A DNA stretch of 64,000 bases from Antedon mediterranea (lineage: Eukaryota; Animalia; Echinodermata), in contig NC_092671.1 of the NCBI RefSeq assembly GCF_964355755.1, positions 10,912,001 through 10,976,000 on the forward strand. Direction: 5' to 3'. This document shows, piece by piece, positions 1 to 14,300 of this stretch. The position numbers and the translations under genes are program-made. Position 1 is the stretch's first letter; every line of letters begins with the position of its first letter. The notes under the pieces are model-generated. The model was not told the DNA's origin. It did not search any database and saw only the letters and a program-made list of their open reading frames with translations.

Positions 1-154
1 TAAATTTCAAACACATGAATTGAGTGTATGTAGTAACTAACACTATACTTCGTTATAGTGCGGTGGTAGTCGAAAAGGGAGATTACCTAAACTGAAAACT
101 AACATTAATACAATATAGTAAACTAATTATATTTAACTGTGTTTAATCATTTAG

Positions 155-3100
155 GAAGATTGTGTTGAACTAATTGGTAGCGAGTACCAGGCAGGTCTAT
201 GGAATGATAATGCTTGTGATAAAAAGAACGGATACATCTGCCAAGATGGATTCTGTAAGTTATTGTTACTTTTTTCTGGCCCTTTAATCAGCATACGTTC
301 TTATATGAGTATAGCCTTTTTACAATAACAATAAAATGTCTCTATTTAATATACATTGATATAAAAATGTTTAAATTAACTCTTCTTCTAGCATTATCTG
401 CCCCAGAGCCTCCCGTTACCAGCTCGTCTTGTCGCACCGGATATCGTCAGTATTACGATAGCTGTTTTAAATTCGTGGACGGTAGTTTCGATTTTAGCAA
501 AGCTGTTACTGCTTGTACAAATCTGGGAGGTGGAGCGGCTTTAGCAAACATTATTGATGTTTACGAAGAAGCTTTTGTTGAGCAGGTTATTGGAGATAAT
601 GGTGGAGCAGCAACTTGGATTGGAATGGTCGATAACAAGGTAGAGATAATCACATTTCAATACAATTACAGTAGGCCCTATGCTATTTTAAAGCGTATTT
701 AAAAACGTCTGTTTTTTTATGTAGAAATGTACTGTACGTTTATCTTACATATATGGAAGTTAACTTGCTTACTTTAAGTGAGTGATACTTGGCCATCTTT
801 AATTGAAATTAGGAGGCAAATAGTATTACTCGTATATGCTGCCTCCTGTCATGGTTTTTATGTGTGAGTCATGTTCGTTTGGAAGAGTTGGGTTTGAAAC
901 AAAGTAATAAGCTAATGAATTATATGTGTTTCTTACATCAATATATAGATTGCTGGCGAGTACCAATGGGTGAATGGATGGCCAGTTTGGTACACTAAGT
1001 GGGGCCGGGATGAACCCAGTTTTGGGTCCGGTGAAGGCTGTGTGATGATTGATGAGACTGGTTACTGGGACGATACTGTTTGTACTGACAACCATCCAGC
1101 ACTGTGCAAGTACTCGTTAGGTAAGAGGACACATTTTGAAAATAATAACAAACAGTTTACAATAAAGATGACAAGATTGATTTTGCCCAGTAGGTCTACT
1201 ACTACATAGGTACACGACAAATTACGTGCATACGTAAGCATATAACTGTTTATTGAGGTTACGAATTCCCACGCGTGGCCACAAAGTACCACGCGTGGCC
1301 ACGAAGTACCACGCGTAGCCACGAAGTAGCCACGAAGCTAGAACGTGGGTAACGTTGCAGTAGTTTTTAGCTGTACTGTATGCGTATATGATAATATGAA
1401 TTAAAAAACTGAATTAATGTCTAAACGCTTCGGAAGGAAGAAATACACATTAAGTGATAATGGATAATATATCAATAACTTGTAATAAGACTCTGTTTAT
1501 GTAGATGTCTTGTGAACAGGATTGGCACCTTTAAGAAGGATAGTGTATGAATTCGCTTATGGTTATCCTTGGCAATTTGCCTGAATATAGACAAAACAAT
1601 TATCGTTACTTATAATCAATGTTATTTTTAGCACCCAAGCCAACAAATCCTCCAGACCTTCCTGGAACTTGTCCAGTCGACTGGGAAGCATTTGGAAGTT
1701 ATTGTTACTTCTTCGAAATACAACGTTTGTCTACCATATCATGGCCTGAAGCCCAGTTCAATTGTGCAAAGATTGGCGCACATCTGGCTAGTATTCACAC
1801 TAAGGCAGACAATGACTTCATATCAGCTAAAGCAAACAGTGCTGAATTAGATATATGGACCGGTCTATACAGAACTGACAGTGGTTAGTAATTCATTTGT
1901 TCAATTATGACAGTGCCTTAGTTTCGTCATGGATTTATAAAATTATATACCTCCATGGTTTTGGTAATGGATAGAGAAGTCTGGTAATGAAGTTAAGATT
2001 CACATCGGTTAAAGTGGTAGGTAGGTAGTAGGCCTAAATAGAACGGTTTTGCATGCATAAATGAAAAAAAAAACTGCATCTTCAATTTTAAAAAACGCTT
2101 ATTTGCGAAGAGATTGCCCTAATTGAGCAGTTCGTTAATAATGAATGTTAAACGATCGTTTAATAGTGCGTACTATTGCACGTCATGTGACCCACAATCG
2201 TTCAATCAAATGGCAGGAATTTATTTAGGTGTTATAATATAAATAACATAGCACTAATAGCACTTTACTTTACATTTTCACACCCCAATCATTGCAGGTG
2301 GATTTGCATGGTCGGATAACAGTCCGGTTGATTACACTAATTGGAATGAAGGAGAGCCTAGTCTTATACATAACGGTGAACATGAAAACTGCGTTGAAGT
2401 TCTACGACCATTAGGCAAATGGAACGACATTGAATGTATGAATAGTCAGGGATATGTCTGCAGAATTGACAAGAGTAAGTGATCACTATGGGCCTACTTA
2501 AGTACTTATCTCTGTTTCAAATGGCCAGAATACACACGTATTATTATGTATTCAAGGCTTAATATAATAAAATATTTTGAACAAATCCTAATATATTATT
2601 TACTGTATGTGCATTCCAACGTAACACAATGCATTATTTATTAGCACCACTAACTGGAATGACAACTAAACCAATCATTCGAAAAACTACAAAAAGTAAT
2701 GGAACACCACCACCTGTTGGACGAACGACGAAAAAGACAACAACACGACCAACTCCACCGAGACAGCAAACAACTCAAAGATCCATACCAAAAACAACAA
2801 AAAATAATGATGGTGGTAATGAAAATCAAACAAAAGGTAATAAAAGGGGTCAGTCATATTTGAGAAATTCGACTAGCTTTTTATGTAAAAAATGCTCAAA
2901 AGATATAAAATGCAGGGCGCCCCCTATATCGTCACACATTTCTGGTTTCCTAATTTACAAGTCGTAACCCAATGTTGCAGAGCGCCCTCTATATCGTCAC
3001 ACAATTTCGGTTTCAAACTACACAAAATAGGTATAACTTAATGACCATTTGTTTTACCGAATAATATTATGATTATGAGCTATATAGTAAATAATTATTA

Positions 3101-3343
3101 TAAATATATTACTAATTTTAATTCACAGAACCAATGAATGCTGGCGTCATTGCTGCTCTCTGCGTTGGAGCACTGGCTGCTATTTTACTTGTAATCATCA
3201 TAACCTACTGTGTAGCTGGCCGTTCATCTAAGAAATCATTAGACCCAACCGGAATAGACAGTGTTGGATTTGATAACGCCCTATATGTTGCCGGATCAAA
3301 TAAAGTACAAGTAGAAAAGAAAGAAAATGATTACGACGCTTAA
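155..3343 (+). CDS. Macrophage mannose receptor-like multi-C-type-lectin type I membrane protein, 3' part (gene starts upstream of the window)
   Basis: In-frame GT-AG exons 155-254, 392-639, 949-1120, 1632-1883, 2298-2474, 2645-2836, 3129-3343. They encode CTLDs (WNDNAC, WIGM, EPS...WDD, CPVDWEAFGSYCY, WTGL, EPS...WNDIEC), a Thr/Pro/Lys-rich stalk, a TM helix (VIAALCVGALAAILLVIIITYCV) and a cytosolic GFDNALY motif. AATAAA at about 3811. Confidence 0.9.
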
Positions 3344-3949
3344 AATTATAAAATATAGATGTACTGTATATACAGTGTTTTTAGGGAATATTGGAATTAT
3401 TTTAAAGTAAAGCATTATCACATTGAATTTGTGAATTTTTTGCTTACAGATTAGGACAAACTAGTTTGAAGGCAAAAAAGCAGCTTTAAACGAATTGTGT
3501 ATAAACATATTGTAACTTTCTATAATGAAAATATGCAGCCCAGAATTTAGAAAAAATACAATGCAGAACATATAATAGAACAGTATTTTTTTTTCTTTAC
3601 AAATACTGGTTTTCTAAATTTATGCCAAATTATTTGTAATTTTGAAATTAACGTTACGGATATTCAATTTTAAGATGCTGATCTGCAACAGTAGTCGACC
3701 AGTTGAGAGTTAATATATTTTGATTATAAATGCGTGCCATACTTTGACAAAGTTTTATAATCTGTGTAAATTTTGAATTTTATTTGAATTATTTTTGACT
3801 TAAAAATACCAATAAATATAAAATTGTATTGTGTAACTGATTGTATATGTCTCTTAAAAACGAAAAAAAATCGATTTTGAAATGTTTAGAAAAGGATAGT
3901 TCATTCATAGCAAAAAGCTTGTGACCTACAACTAGAATGTACATGAACA

Positions 3950-4985
3950 TATGGCATAATGTTTTAAGTGGAATCCCACCAGGCAGTGTCCTAGGGCCAA
4001 TCCTCTTTGTTATTTATATCAACGATATGCCAGAATGTGTAAATTCTGAGGTATTCCTTTTTGCAGATGACACAAAAATATAGAGGTCTCAAATTTATAT
4101 GATCATTTATTATTACATAAGGATCTGAGTCTTTAAGGAAATGGTGTGAAACTTGGTTATTTGAGTTTAATATTCAGAAATGTAAGGTTTTGGAATTAAG
4201 AAGAAGGAATGCAACACATATTTAATGAGTATTCATTGGACCCAGATAGTTATACTGAAAATCTCCTACATGTCGACCATGAGAAAGACCTAGGAATTAT
4301 GATAGTAAATTATCATTTGAAATGCATATAACAGAGAAGGTCAACAAGGCAAATAGGCTAATGGGACTGATTAGGCGAGTTTTCACTTATATGAATGCAG
4401 AAATTCTACTTTTGTTGTATAAAGCCATTGTTAGACCCAATTTGGAAATATAGTGTTTCTGTGTGGTGTCCATATTTAGAGAAACATATAGATCTTCTAG
4501 AAAGTATTCAACGTAGAGCTACATGTTTAATCGCTAACCTTAAGTGGCTTTATTATACAGAAAGATTAAGAGCTTTAAAACTGCCTACTTTGGTCTAAAG
4601 AAGATGTTGTAATGACATGATTGAAACTTTCAAAATTCTAAATGGCTATTATGATAAATCAGTATCTGATTTCCTAAAACTAAATGTATCTAATAGAGCA
4701 CGGGGGCACTCTCTTAAGCTAGCTAAGAGAGTTTCCCATTTGGATAAAAGGAAATGTTCCTTTAGTAACTGTATAACCGTTAATTGGAATGCACTACCTG
4801 AACATGTTGTGACAGCAATCTCACTAAACAGTTTTAAAAATAGTCTGGACAAATTCTGGCGGAATCAACCAGTAATATACGATCACAAGTTAAGGATTCA
4901 AAATACCAGGATTGGACCAATTCGATCAGGATATAGAGGACTTTAGTCCTGCATCCAGTATATCACCTAAGTAAACCTAAGTAAT
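3950..4985 (+). mobile_element. Degenerate, 5'-truncated non-LTR retrotransposon (CR1/L2-like LINE)
   Basis: Reads SGIPPGSVLGPILFVIYINDMP...LFADDTKI (RT core), then frameshifted C-terminal pieces (ORFs 4395-4598 and 4617-4946: LESIQRRAT, RGHSLKL, WNALP...SLNSFKNSLDKFW); short repeated tail near 4966-4984. Confidence 0.85.
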
Positions 4986-5381
4986 TATATACAGTTCCAG
5001 TATATTTTGTGTTCTGGTGTGGTTATAGGAAGCCCTATTTTCACCAACGCTCATAAATGAATAATAGAAATCAAAATATATGCCAAATTAAGTTTAATTT
5101 CTTTTTAAACCAAGAAATGAAAATCACAATAATACTGATAAGGCTATACTTAAATTGAACTTTTTTTTTATAATGCTTTACAAGTAAATACTTAGCTACT
5201 ATAAGAACGATGCAAAAACCATACAACATGCAACTAGTAAATACCACTAACTTCAAGAACAAAAAAACAATATAAATTTTCTGATAACTACAAAGACAAA
5301 ACCTTTATATAACATCTGTTTTTTCTAATCCTAATTTTTTTTTTACAAGTATGATATAATTTTTATAAAGTATGGCGTGTT

Positions 5382-8300
5382 CTATAAAGCTGGAAAATCG
5401 TCAGGAAGAAGAATAAATGTTCTGCAGAGTGGACACGTTCTCTCTCGTGTCTGTATCCACTGCTTGATACAGCTGTCATGGAAGAGATGACCACATTCCA
5501 GTTTATTCAACTTTTCAATATCTGCATTTACATCCTCGTGACAAACAGCACAGATATCTTCATCATGCATAGTCGTCTTTCTATAGTGATTATTAAGGTA
5601 TTCACAGCATTGGCTGACAATCTCTGTCAGAGGAACTCCACTAAGAGTTCCTTTGTGAGATTCACGAACAACTCTAACAGACTCGATGTAGTCATTACGG
5701 TGGAAGTCTGGAAGCTTTGTACCCAAGGTGTACACAATCTTATCAAGGCTACTTTGAGGTGGTTTCTTTTCGTTACTTACAGCTTGCCCTCGTTTTTTCT
5801 TTCTCTTTATCTCCTGCCACCTTCTGCTTTCATTATCATTGTAAGAGGTCGATGGCACAATACTGACTGCAGATGGCACTGAAAATTGACATGTTGAATC
5901 TGTTGAAGTTTTTTCTATTTCCAGTGAAATTTGTGGCGGTGGTGGTGATTTTATCTGCTTGACATTACTATGAGCTTTTTTAAATGTTCCAGGTACCTCT
6001 TGCGACCATGACTGCAATGTCTTTACAAGATCCGACACACCAAGACTAACATCACCACCTGCAGGGTTTTCAAACTGGTAACCGACACCTCTACACGGTC
6101 TCAAACTATCAGTGCATGGTGAGGTAGTAGGAACATCTTCATCATCCCAGCACTCTGTTTCATCCATCTCAACGTGATAAGTCATACAACTAACATCCAA
6201 CTGTTCCCCGCTTACTCTTTCCAGAGGACTACTATTTCTGCCAAGTTTTGGGATGCAACCAGTCTGGCTATTCAAATCCCTCTGTCTTTTCATCTGACCA
6301 TGAACAATGTTTTCTCCACATACACCATGAATTAAATCCGTAAGTCCTTGATCAGTAAGGCTTGGGATAAAGCTACTCTGCTGTGCATCACCACTACCAT
6401 TTCCAGGAGATTGAGTGGCACCTCTTCCAAGATTTAAATCCATAAGTTTTGGAATAGCAGGGGGATCATTTATCTGTAGCTTGATTCCACTTAATAATGG
6501 TGGTGTGATCATTTGCTGTGCAAGGACCGGTATACTGGGTACAGGTATAGATGGCACATTGGTTGGACCCTTCTTTCTAAATGGTATTGGTTGTTGAAAT
6601 CGTCTACGTGAAGCAGCAGATATATACCCTTCAGTCTTCATGTTTAAACCGAAGGACGGTGCTAATCTAGGATTAACTGCAGTCGGTTCTTTTTCCATGG
6701 TTTTGAAAGGTGGGCTATTAATAATAGGAACTGGATTTTGAGGCACACTGAATCGAGGTCCAGGAGGACTGGTGGTTGAGCGAGGTCTAAATATTGGTGG
6801 TTTCTGAATGCACTCGGTACGAATATATGGAGAACTTCCACAAAGGCCTGGAGGTCTTGGCATAGCATGCTGTTGTCTTGTGAACATATCACTTGGCATT
6901 TGTTGAGGTTGTCGCAACGAGGGTATAGCTGATGGTTGTTCTGGAGACTTCATCTAATAATTTGAAGAAAAAAAAATATGGTAAACAGCTTCAGATTATT
7001 TTCAATGCTTTAAATGATAATTATATGATACAGTTTTTAAGTGTACAATACTTTAGATAATGAAGCAAGTAAATAAAAGTGGAACAGAATTTGCTTAACT
7101 GCTAAAATATAAAAATAGACAATGTTTATTCTTCACCTTTTCAACTAATGAAGTTCCAATCATTGGTCTTTTTTTGGTCATACTGTAAATAAAACAAAAC
7201 CCATTTTTTTAAATATTAGTTTTTAGTAATATTAGTATAATAACATTATCAAAATACCGCTAACAGTAACAATATTACTTATCAATATAATATTGATATT
7301 ACATTATATGAATATTCATGAATATTAAAGTGTTGATTATAAAATAAATAATCTTCATACCCAGTTTTGTCGGACAGCTTTTCAGACACTTCTAAGGTTT
7401 CCTTTCGCTCCTGTTAACAAAATATGTATTTCATTACAAATTAATTACTTAAAAAGAAGATGGCGTGACGACATAACAACGTACATGGAAACGGCAACAT
7501 GGGAAAGATCGGCAAGAAACAGAACTAAATGGAAACAGCTGGAGGAGGCCTTCACACAGCAGTGGGTGAAATAGGCTATGAGATGAGATGAGAGATTTAT
7601 AGATAGATAGATTATAGAACACAGATTATTAAAGAGTACAACATATAATAACTACTCAAATCAAAAGAAAATAGCGTACTTACCTTTTTCACAAAGAGAC
7701 TAATGTTTTGTTCTAACAAAAGAGGGCAGTCTTTAAGCGGTATGTCCTTTTTAAGTAATTCTAAAATGTTGTCATATTGTTGCTTTAAATCAGCTTTCTG
7801 TATTGTAATAAGTTCAATGTACTCCATCCAAAGTGTTCCGACAGGCACGCTATCAGATGAACTAAAACACAAATATATGTAATACAGTCACATCCCCCAA
7901 ATACCGTACACGCTTCAGAGCTGTCCTATTGTGTCTCCGTTTTCTGGAAATTCTGGTATTCAGAATGTTTTTTTAATGGTGAAAAATGATTTGCGACTTG
8001 TTTACCTCAAGAAAAGTCTGATTGTGAGAGTTTCCAGAATATTAGACTTGGAGGTCTAATATTACGGTGTTTGAATATCGAATATCAAGAAGTTTTCTCT
8101 GATTTTAAATGTCAATTTGGACACTAGATTTTGTACTCTTGCACATTTTCTTGCTTTCAAAATTATTATATCAACGTGACAAAGTGGAATAGATTTTCAT
8201 TCATTACAACTCATAGGGCCATACTCTGCCTTGTAAATCTAAAATAACTAATGATGTTCTGTTGAATAGAAAGTGCTATTCAACCATATCACATATCATG

Positions 8301-11300
8301 CTACTGGGTTGGATAAGGAAAGAGTGACATTTTCACTCTTTCCTGATTGGATTTCAATTTACCTCAGATTTTAAGATTTCATGAAAAACTAAAAACATGT
8401 CTGACGACCTTAGCTACTATTTTTTATCTGGGATCCAATAAATGGCTCCAGCCAAATATGGACCACCAAGTAATAAGGTCAAATTACTATTATTTGTGTA
8501 CACAAGCACCTTTACTTTTTACATGCTATAGTTTGTACATGCAATGTCAATTGGTACAGACCAACAAAAATAATGGTATTAAAGGCAACAATTTAGTGCA
8601 AATCATTTTATACTCTTACCTAAACATTGAGTTGAAGTTAACTTCTTTTTTCCTAACAACTTCCCGAATTCTACCCAAGCATTCTTTATAGATTGCTTCC
8701 AACACCTATACAAATGGAATCCATAATATTACTATTAATAATAATAGATTATAATATATTAAGCACTGTTTTAGTGCTAGGTTAGATTGAAAAAGAAGGC
8801 TGTAACTATATATTATATGTACTACTACTATATATCAACACAAACATAATCTAGATATATATCATGTGAATAATAATAGTTCATTCTTATATAGCACATA
8901 TAAGCAAGCTCTCAATGGGCTGCACACTATTACTGCGGCCATTTTTTGGATCATACACATATGGAAACATACTCCCATAATAATGCAGCTAGTAATCAGT
9001 GCAAAGTTGTGTCTTGATCTAACCGGTACACATTTTATACACCTGGGTGGAGAGAGACAAATTAAGTGACGTGTCTTGCCTAAGGATACCAGAAATGCAG
9101 CTAGAGTTGGATTCAAACCATCATCAGTAATCCAACGTCAAACACACTGTTCCACACACCCTCACAAGAATGCACTATGACCATGCTTTGGGTTGAAAAT
9201 TGACTTCTTAAAAACCTTAATCCCCGGATTACCTTGATTTCTGCTTCTCGTGCTCTTGCTTGAATCCCTTTTAATTTCACCTGAAATTCAACAGACGTTT
9301 TGTCCTTATCTTCTGTCAGCTTTTTCACACTCTCCATTAAATTGATATTTAGATTTTTTAACCTAAAATAAAGTTATGATACACTAAATCACAGTTTATA
9401 AAGCAGTAATATAAAATAAACCTAAATAAATACATGTTTTTTTAATTGAAATATTCCATTTATACTGGGAGACCTCTTCAGTCAAAGACCGGTCTCCCGG
9501 AGGGTCCAGTTACGATCAGTGTCAGTACTACTGTAGTACACAGGGGTAACCCCCTACTCTTCTCAACCACTAGCACCAGAACCATGGAGCGAGTGAGCCT
9601 TGAACACATGCCGGCGATGTTATGGCTACGTAATTACAGTTCGGTCACTCGTTTGCATAAATGAAGTGCGGGGGTTGAGACAAAAATGGAATAATTGTCG
9701 TATTAGAAATTAAAAATAAGCATCTCATCCAACATATCATATGATCATGATCCTATGCTCATGTATAATCTGACCTCCTAATTTGGACATATGGTAAATC
9801 CAAATAATTCTTTAAAATTCCACCCCCAAATTTAAATTCATAACCAGGCCCCTCACGAATATTACTCATCATATACAGTAATAAAATACATTTGTTGATA
9901 TCAAGTTTGCGGTACACGACATATATACTGTTGAGTATCTCAACGTTTTGATCAATATACTTTGATCGTCCTCAGAAATGAGAATAAAATACTTAAAACC
10001 AATTATATTACTTGTTGTTCTTTGTGTTTAGTTCTGTTATCTGCTTCAGAGCTTCAGTTAATTCTGTATTGACTTTTTTCAGGTCCATATCTTTGACTTT
10101 CATTTTCATTTGGGCTTTTCTTTCAATTTGCTGACAAAAAAATATTAAAAAATATTTATAACATACGCGAGTGATTTTTTTCAACCATATGATTGTTTAA
10201 TTTCGTATCACTGTGTACATTTATGTAGTAGACGTTCTGTAGTTTAAATAGTTCTATTACATGGTAACTTTTTGCAAACATCTTGTGCAATAAAAGGTTG
10301 TGCACATTTAAAAACAAACCTGCAGTCAGCATTATTTATTTATTTCAATAAATGACATCATCTGGGCAGAGATTTTCTCTTTCAGTTAACAATGAATAGG
10401 ATACTCACTTCTGTTGTATGCTCCATATTAGTTAATACAATGAATAGGATACTCACTTCTGCAGTGTTGTATGCTCCATAATAGTCAATACAATGAATAG
10501 GATACTCACTTCTGTTGTATGCTCCATATTAGTCAATACAATGAATAGGATACTCACTTCTGTTGTATGCTCCATATTAGTTAATACAATGAATAGGATA
10601 CTCACTTCTGTTGTATGCTCCATATTAGTCAATACAATGAATAGGATACTCACTTCTGTTGTATGCTCCATATTAGTTAATACAATGAATAGGATACTCA
10701 CTTCTGTTGTATGCTCCATATTAGTTAATACAATGAATAGGATACTCACTTCTGTTGTATGCTCCATATTAGTCAATACAATGAATAGGATACTCACTTC
10801 TGTTGTATGCTCCATATTAGTCAATACAATGAATAGGATACTCACTTCTGTTGTATGCTCCATATTAGTCAATACAATGAATAGGATACTCACTTCTGTT
10901 GTATGCTCCATATTAGTCAATACAATGAATAGGATACTCACTTCTGTTGTATGCTCCATATTAGTTAATACAATGAATAGGATACTCACTTCTGTTGTAT
11001 GCTCCATATTAGTCAATTTCATTTGTGTTAGTTCTAATTCTAATTTCTGTTTCATGCTTGCTTCTAATTGACGTTTTATCTAAATAAATTAATATTGATT
11101 AAAGGTTATTATTTGGTCCTAGGCAACACGCCAATCGTACTGTACAAAATACAGTAGAACCCTACTATAGGGACATCTTCGAGAACCAAAGTTTCCTGCA
11201 TATAGGTTGGTCATGTATCACCCACTAACGTAACAATCAACTACTAACATAACAAAAATCAACCACTAATGTTTAATGTTACTATAGTGGTTTATTGTTA

Positions 11301-14300
11301 GTGGGCGATACAGGCCATACTGTTAAAACATATATATTCTATTGTTTGTTTCAGGGAAAACTGACCCTTGTCACAAAGAAGAGGTGGACAAACTAAAGTA
11401 AGCGCATTAACCCTTGTCACAAAGAGGTGGACAAACTAAAGTAAGCGCATTAACCCTTGTCACAAAGAAGAGGTGGACAAACTAAAGTAAGCACATTGAC
11501 CCTTGTCACAAAGAAGAGGTGGACAAACTAAAGTAAGCGCATTGACCCTTGTCACAAAGAAGAGGTGGACAAACTAAAGTAAGCGCATTGACCCTTGTCA
11601 CAAAGAAGAGGTGGACAAACTAAAGTAAGCGCATTGACCCTTGTCACAAAGGAGAGGTGGACAAACTAAAGTAAGCGCATTAACCCTTGTCACAAAGAAG
11701 AGGTGGACAAACTAAAGTAAGCGCATTGACCCTTGTCACAAAGAAGAGGTGGACAAACTAAAGTAAGCGCATTGACCCTTGTCACAAAGGAGAGGTGGAC
11801 AAACTAAAGTAAGCGCATTGACCCTTGTCACAAAGAAGAGGTGGACAAACTAAAGTAAGCGCATTAACCCTTGTCACAAAGAAGAGGTGGACAAACTAAA
11901 GTAAGCGCATTGACCCTTGTCACAAAGAAGAGGTGGACAAACTAAAGTAAGCGCATTGACCCTTGTCACAAAGAAGAGGTGGACAAACTAAAGTAAGCGC
12001 ATTGACCCTTGTCACAAAGAAGAGGTGGACAAACTAAAGTAAGCGCATTGACCCTTGTCACAAAGAAGAGGTGGACAAACTAAAGTAAGCGCATTGACCC
12101 TTGTCACAAAGAAGAGGTGGACAAACTAAAGTAAGCGCATTGACCCTTGTCACAAAGGAGAGGTGGACAAACTAAAGTAAGCGCATTGACCCTTGTCACA
12201 AAGAAGAGGTGGACAAACTAAAGTAAGCGCATTGACCCTTGTCACAAAGAAGAGGTGGACAAACTAAAGTAAGCGTATTGACCCTTGTCACAAAGGAGAG
12301 GTGGACAAACTAAAGTAAGCGCATTGACCCTTGTCACAAAGAAGAGGTGGACAAACTAAAGTAAGCGCATTGCTAATAATAGTGAGCTTTCGCATAAGGA
12401 CGGTAGACGATAGAGATGGTAGATATGAAATGATTGATACAAAAATAAATATCTATGCATTTATGTATGCGTATAAGCCCAGTATACGCTGTTCCGTTCT
12501 CATCGGGATTATAATTGGTCGATTTAACCATGGAGGAAAAATCCTCCATGATTTAACATTCTCTCCAATGAGACGGATCAAAGTTTATGACATCATTTTG
12601 AAAGACCTAGACTCAGAAACTTCTCAAACACACCCACCGCATGTACAGGGTCTGTGGACTATGCAAGGAGGTGGACGAACAATGTAGCTTGTCTCAAAAT
12701 AATCGACACGCTCTGTTAATTACTGTCCCCTTCGTTTATCGTCCTCATGCGAAAGCTCCCTAATAATAAGCGTCAAGAACGTAGATTCCATCTACCTTAT
12801 GTTCCTTATCAGGATCAGAAGGCTTTCTTTCTTTCCAAGAACCAGCAACTGGTGGAGAAGGAGACCTCTCGAATGGTCTGTTGACAGATTTTTTGGTTGC
12901 CTTACTGGCAGCAGCTCCAACATCAATGCCAAGTAGTTTGGCTTTCTCTGTGAACACCTCATGGCAGTCATCTGCAGTTTTATCTTTGCTTGGTTTCTCA
13001 TCTATTTTAAGTTTATCAAGACTTGTTTGTAACTCCAAAAAAAGATCTTCAGCTTCACCTGTAATATTTTCTCATCTTTATCATTTAAAAATTAATTAAT
13101 CTTTAGTATTTGGTTTAGAATTTCTTTTCTGCCTGTGAATTTACATATACATATTTTCTTAATTATACTGCCTTAAATGCTATCTATAATTTTGTTGATT
13201 TCTTTCCACCAGAAAAAATGAATACGTTTTAATATACGACATTTTAGGATTATTCAATATCATTTTTTTTTATTACATTTAATGCATTAAATTTTCATTT
13301 AAATATGCTGAAAGAAGTTTACACAATATATATAATATAATACTATAACTATATAATACTAATAATATAATAGTAAAAATAAAATTAAAAATAAGGTCGC
13401 TCTGTAGATGAGTTGGTAGATGTTTCCTAATATTATTGGAAAATCTTTACCAATAAAAAACAACAACAATCAGATGATTGGTAATAAAGTGTAATATCCT
13501 ATTTTGTGAGGTTTTGCATTGATATAATCTTTGCAAAACTTCAAACTGCCAGCAAAACTTCAAACTATCTGTTTTGAAATGATTTACAAAATTGTTGTTT
13601 ATTGCAAATCTGTCCCATGAAAGCTGTTTAATGAATTTTCAATATAAATATACGATACATTTACATTTTGCGATAAGTACTTACTCTCAGATAAACTTAT
13701 TGATGTGCAGTCTGGATCAGTTGGTTCCAAATTTGGAGACTTGATACCAGATGTAGTCGATTTGCCTTGCTATAAATAATATAAAACTGTATTATGCAGA
13801 AGGAACAGATAAAGAACAATAACATTTTATAATGCTAAAGCAATAAAATAAGAATTACATCAAAGAAATCCGTTAACAACAACATACAGTTAGCATTATT
13901 TGGAAATTTGTCAAATTATATTGTTTTGATTTTTCATTTTATACTATATCATGTTGCTTTTAAAACTAAGTCTCATTTGAGGCTAAGCGAGTGTGTTAGA
14001 AACTGTTACCGCTACCACAGTTACCGCCAAGAATTGAACCCTGTACTATGGCATTGGAAGGCAAGCATGGTAACCACTAAGCTACAGTACAAGCAAATAA
14101 TACAGTTAGCATTACTTCGAAATTTGTCAAATTATATTAACATAATTGTTTTGACAGATTTGTTTTAAACTATATGCTTTTAAAAGTTTCATTTGAGGCT
14201 AATCAAGTGAGGTAGAAACAGTTACCACTAAGGTTTGAACCCTGCACCATGGCACTGGAAGGCAAGCATGGTAACCACCAAGCTACACTATTAGATATAA

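Noticed and set aside
5478-5882. 134-aa plus-strand ORF and other short antisense ORFs inside real exons or the LINE
   Set aside because: Shadow ORFs with no recognisable motifs or splice support.
10493-11071. 192-aa plus-strand ORF
   Set aside because: Antisense reading of the 48-bp repeat; no independent coding signal.
10388-12372. 48-bp and 46-bp arrays as CRISPR arrays
   Set aside because: Units are contiguous with no unique spacers, there are no cas genes, and they lie in introns of a eukaryotic gene.
13059-13132. Upstream acceptor at 13132 for the RING gene exon
   Set aside because: It introduces an in-frame TAA; the acceptor at 13058 keeps the frame.
14030-14290. tRNA-Gly genes (also a tRNA-like piece at 47550-47610)
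   Set aside because: A/B-box-like motifs are present but the stems do not form a full cloverleaf; better explained as SINE or tRNA-derived fragments.
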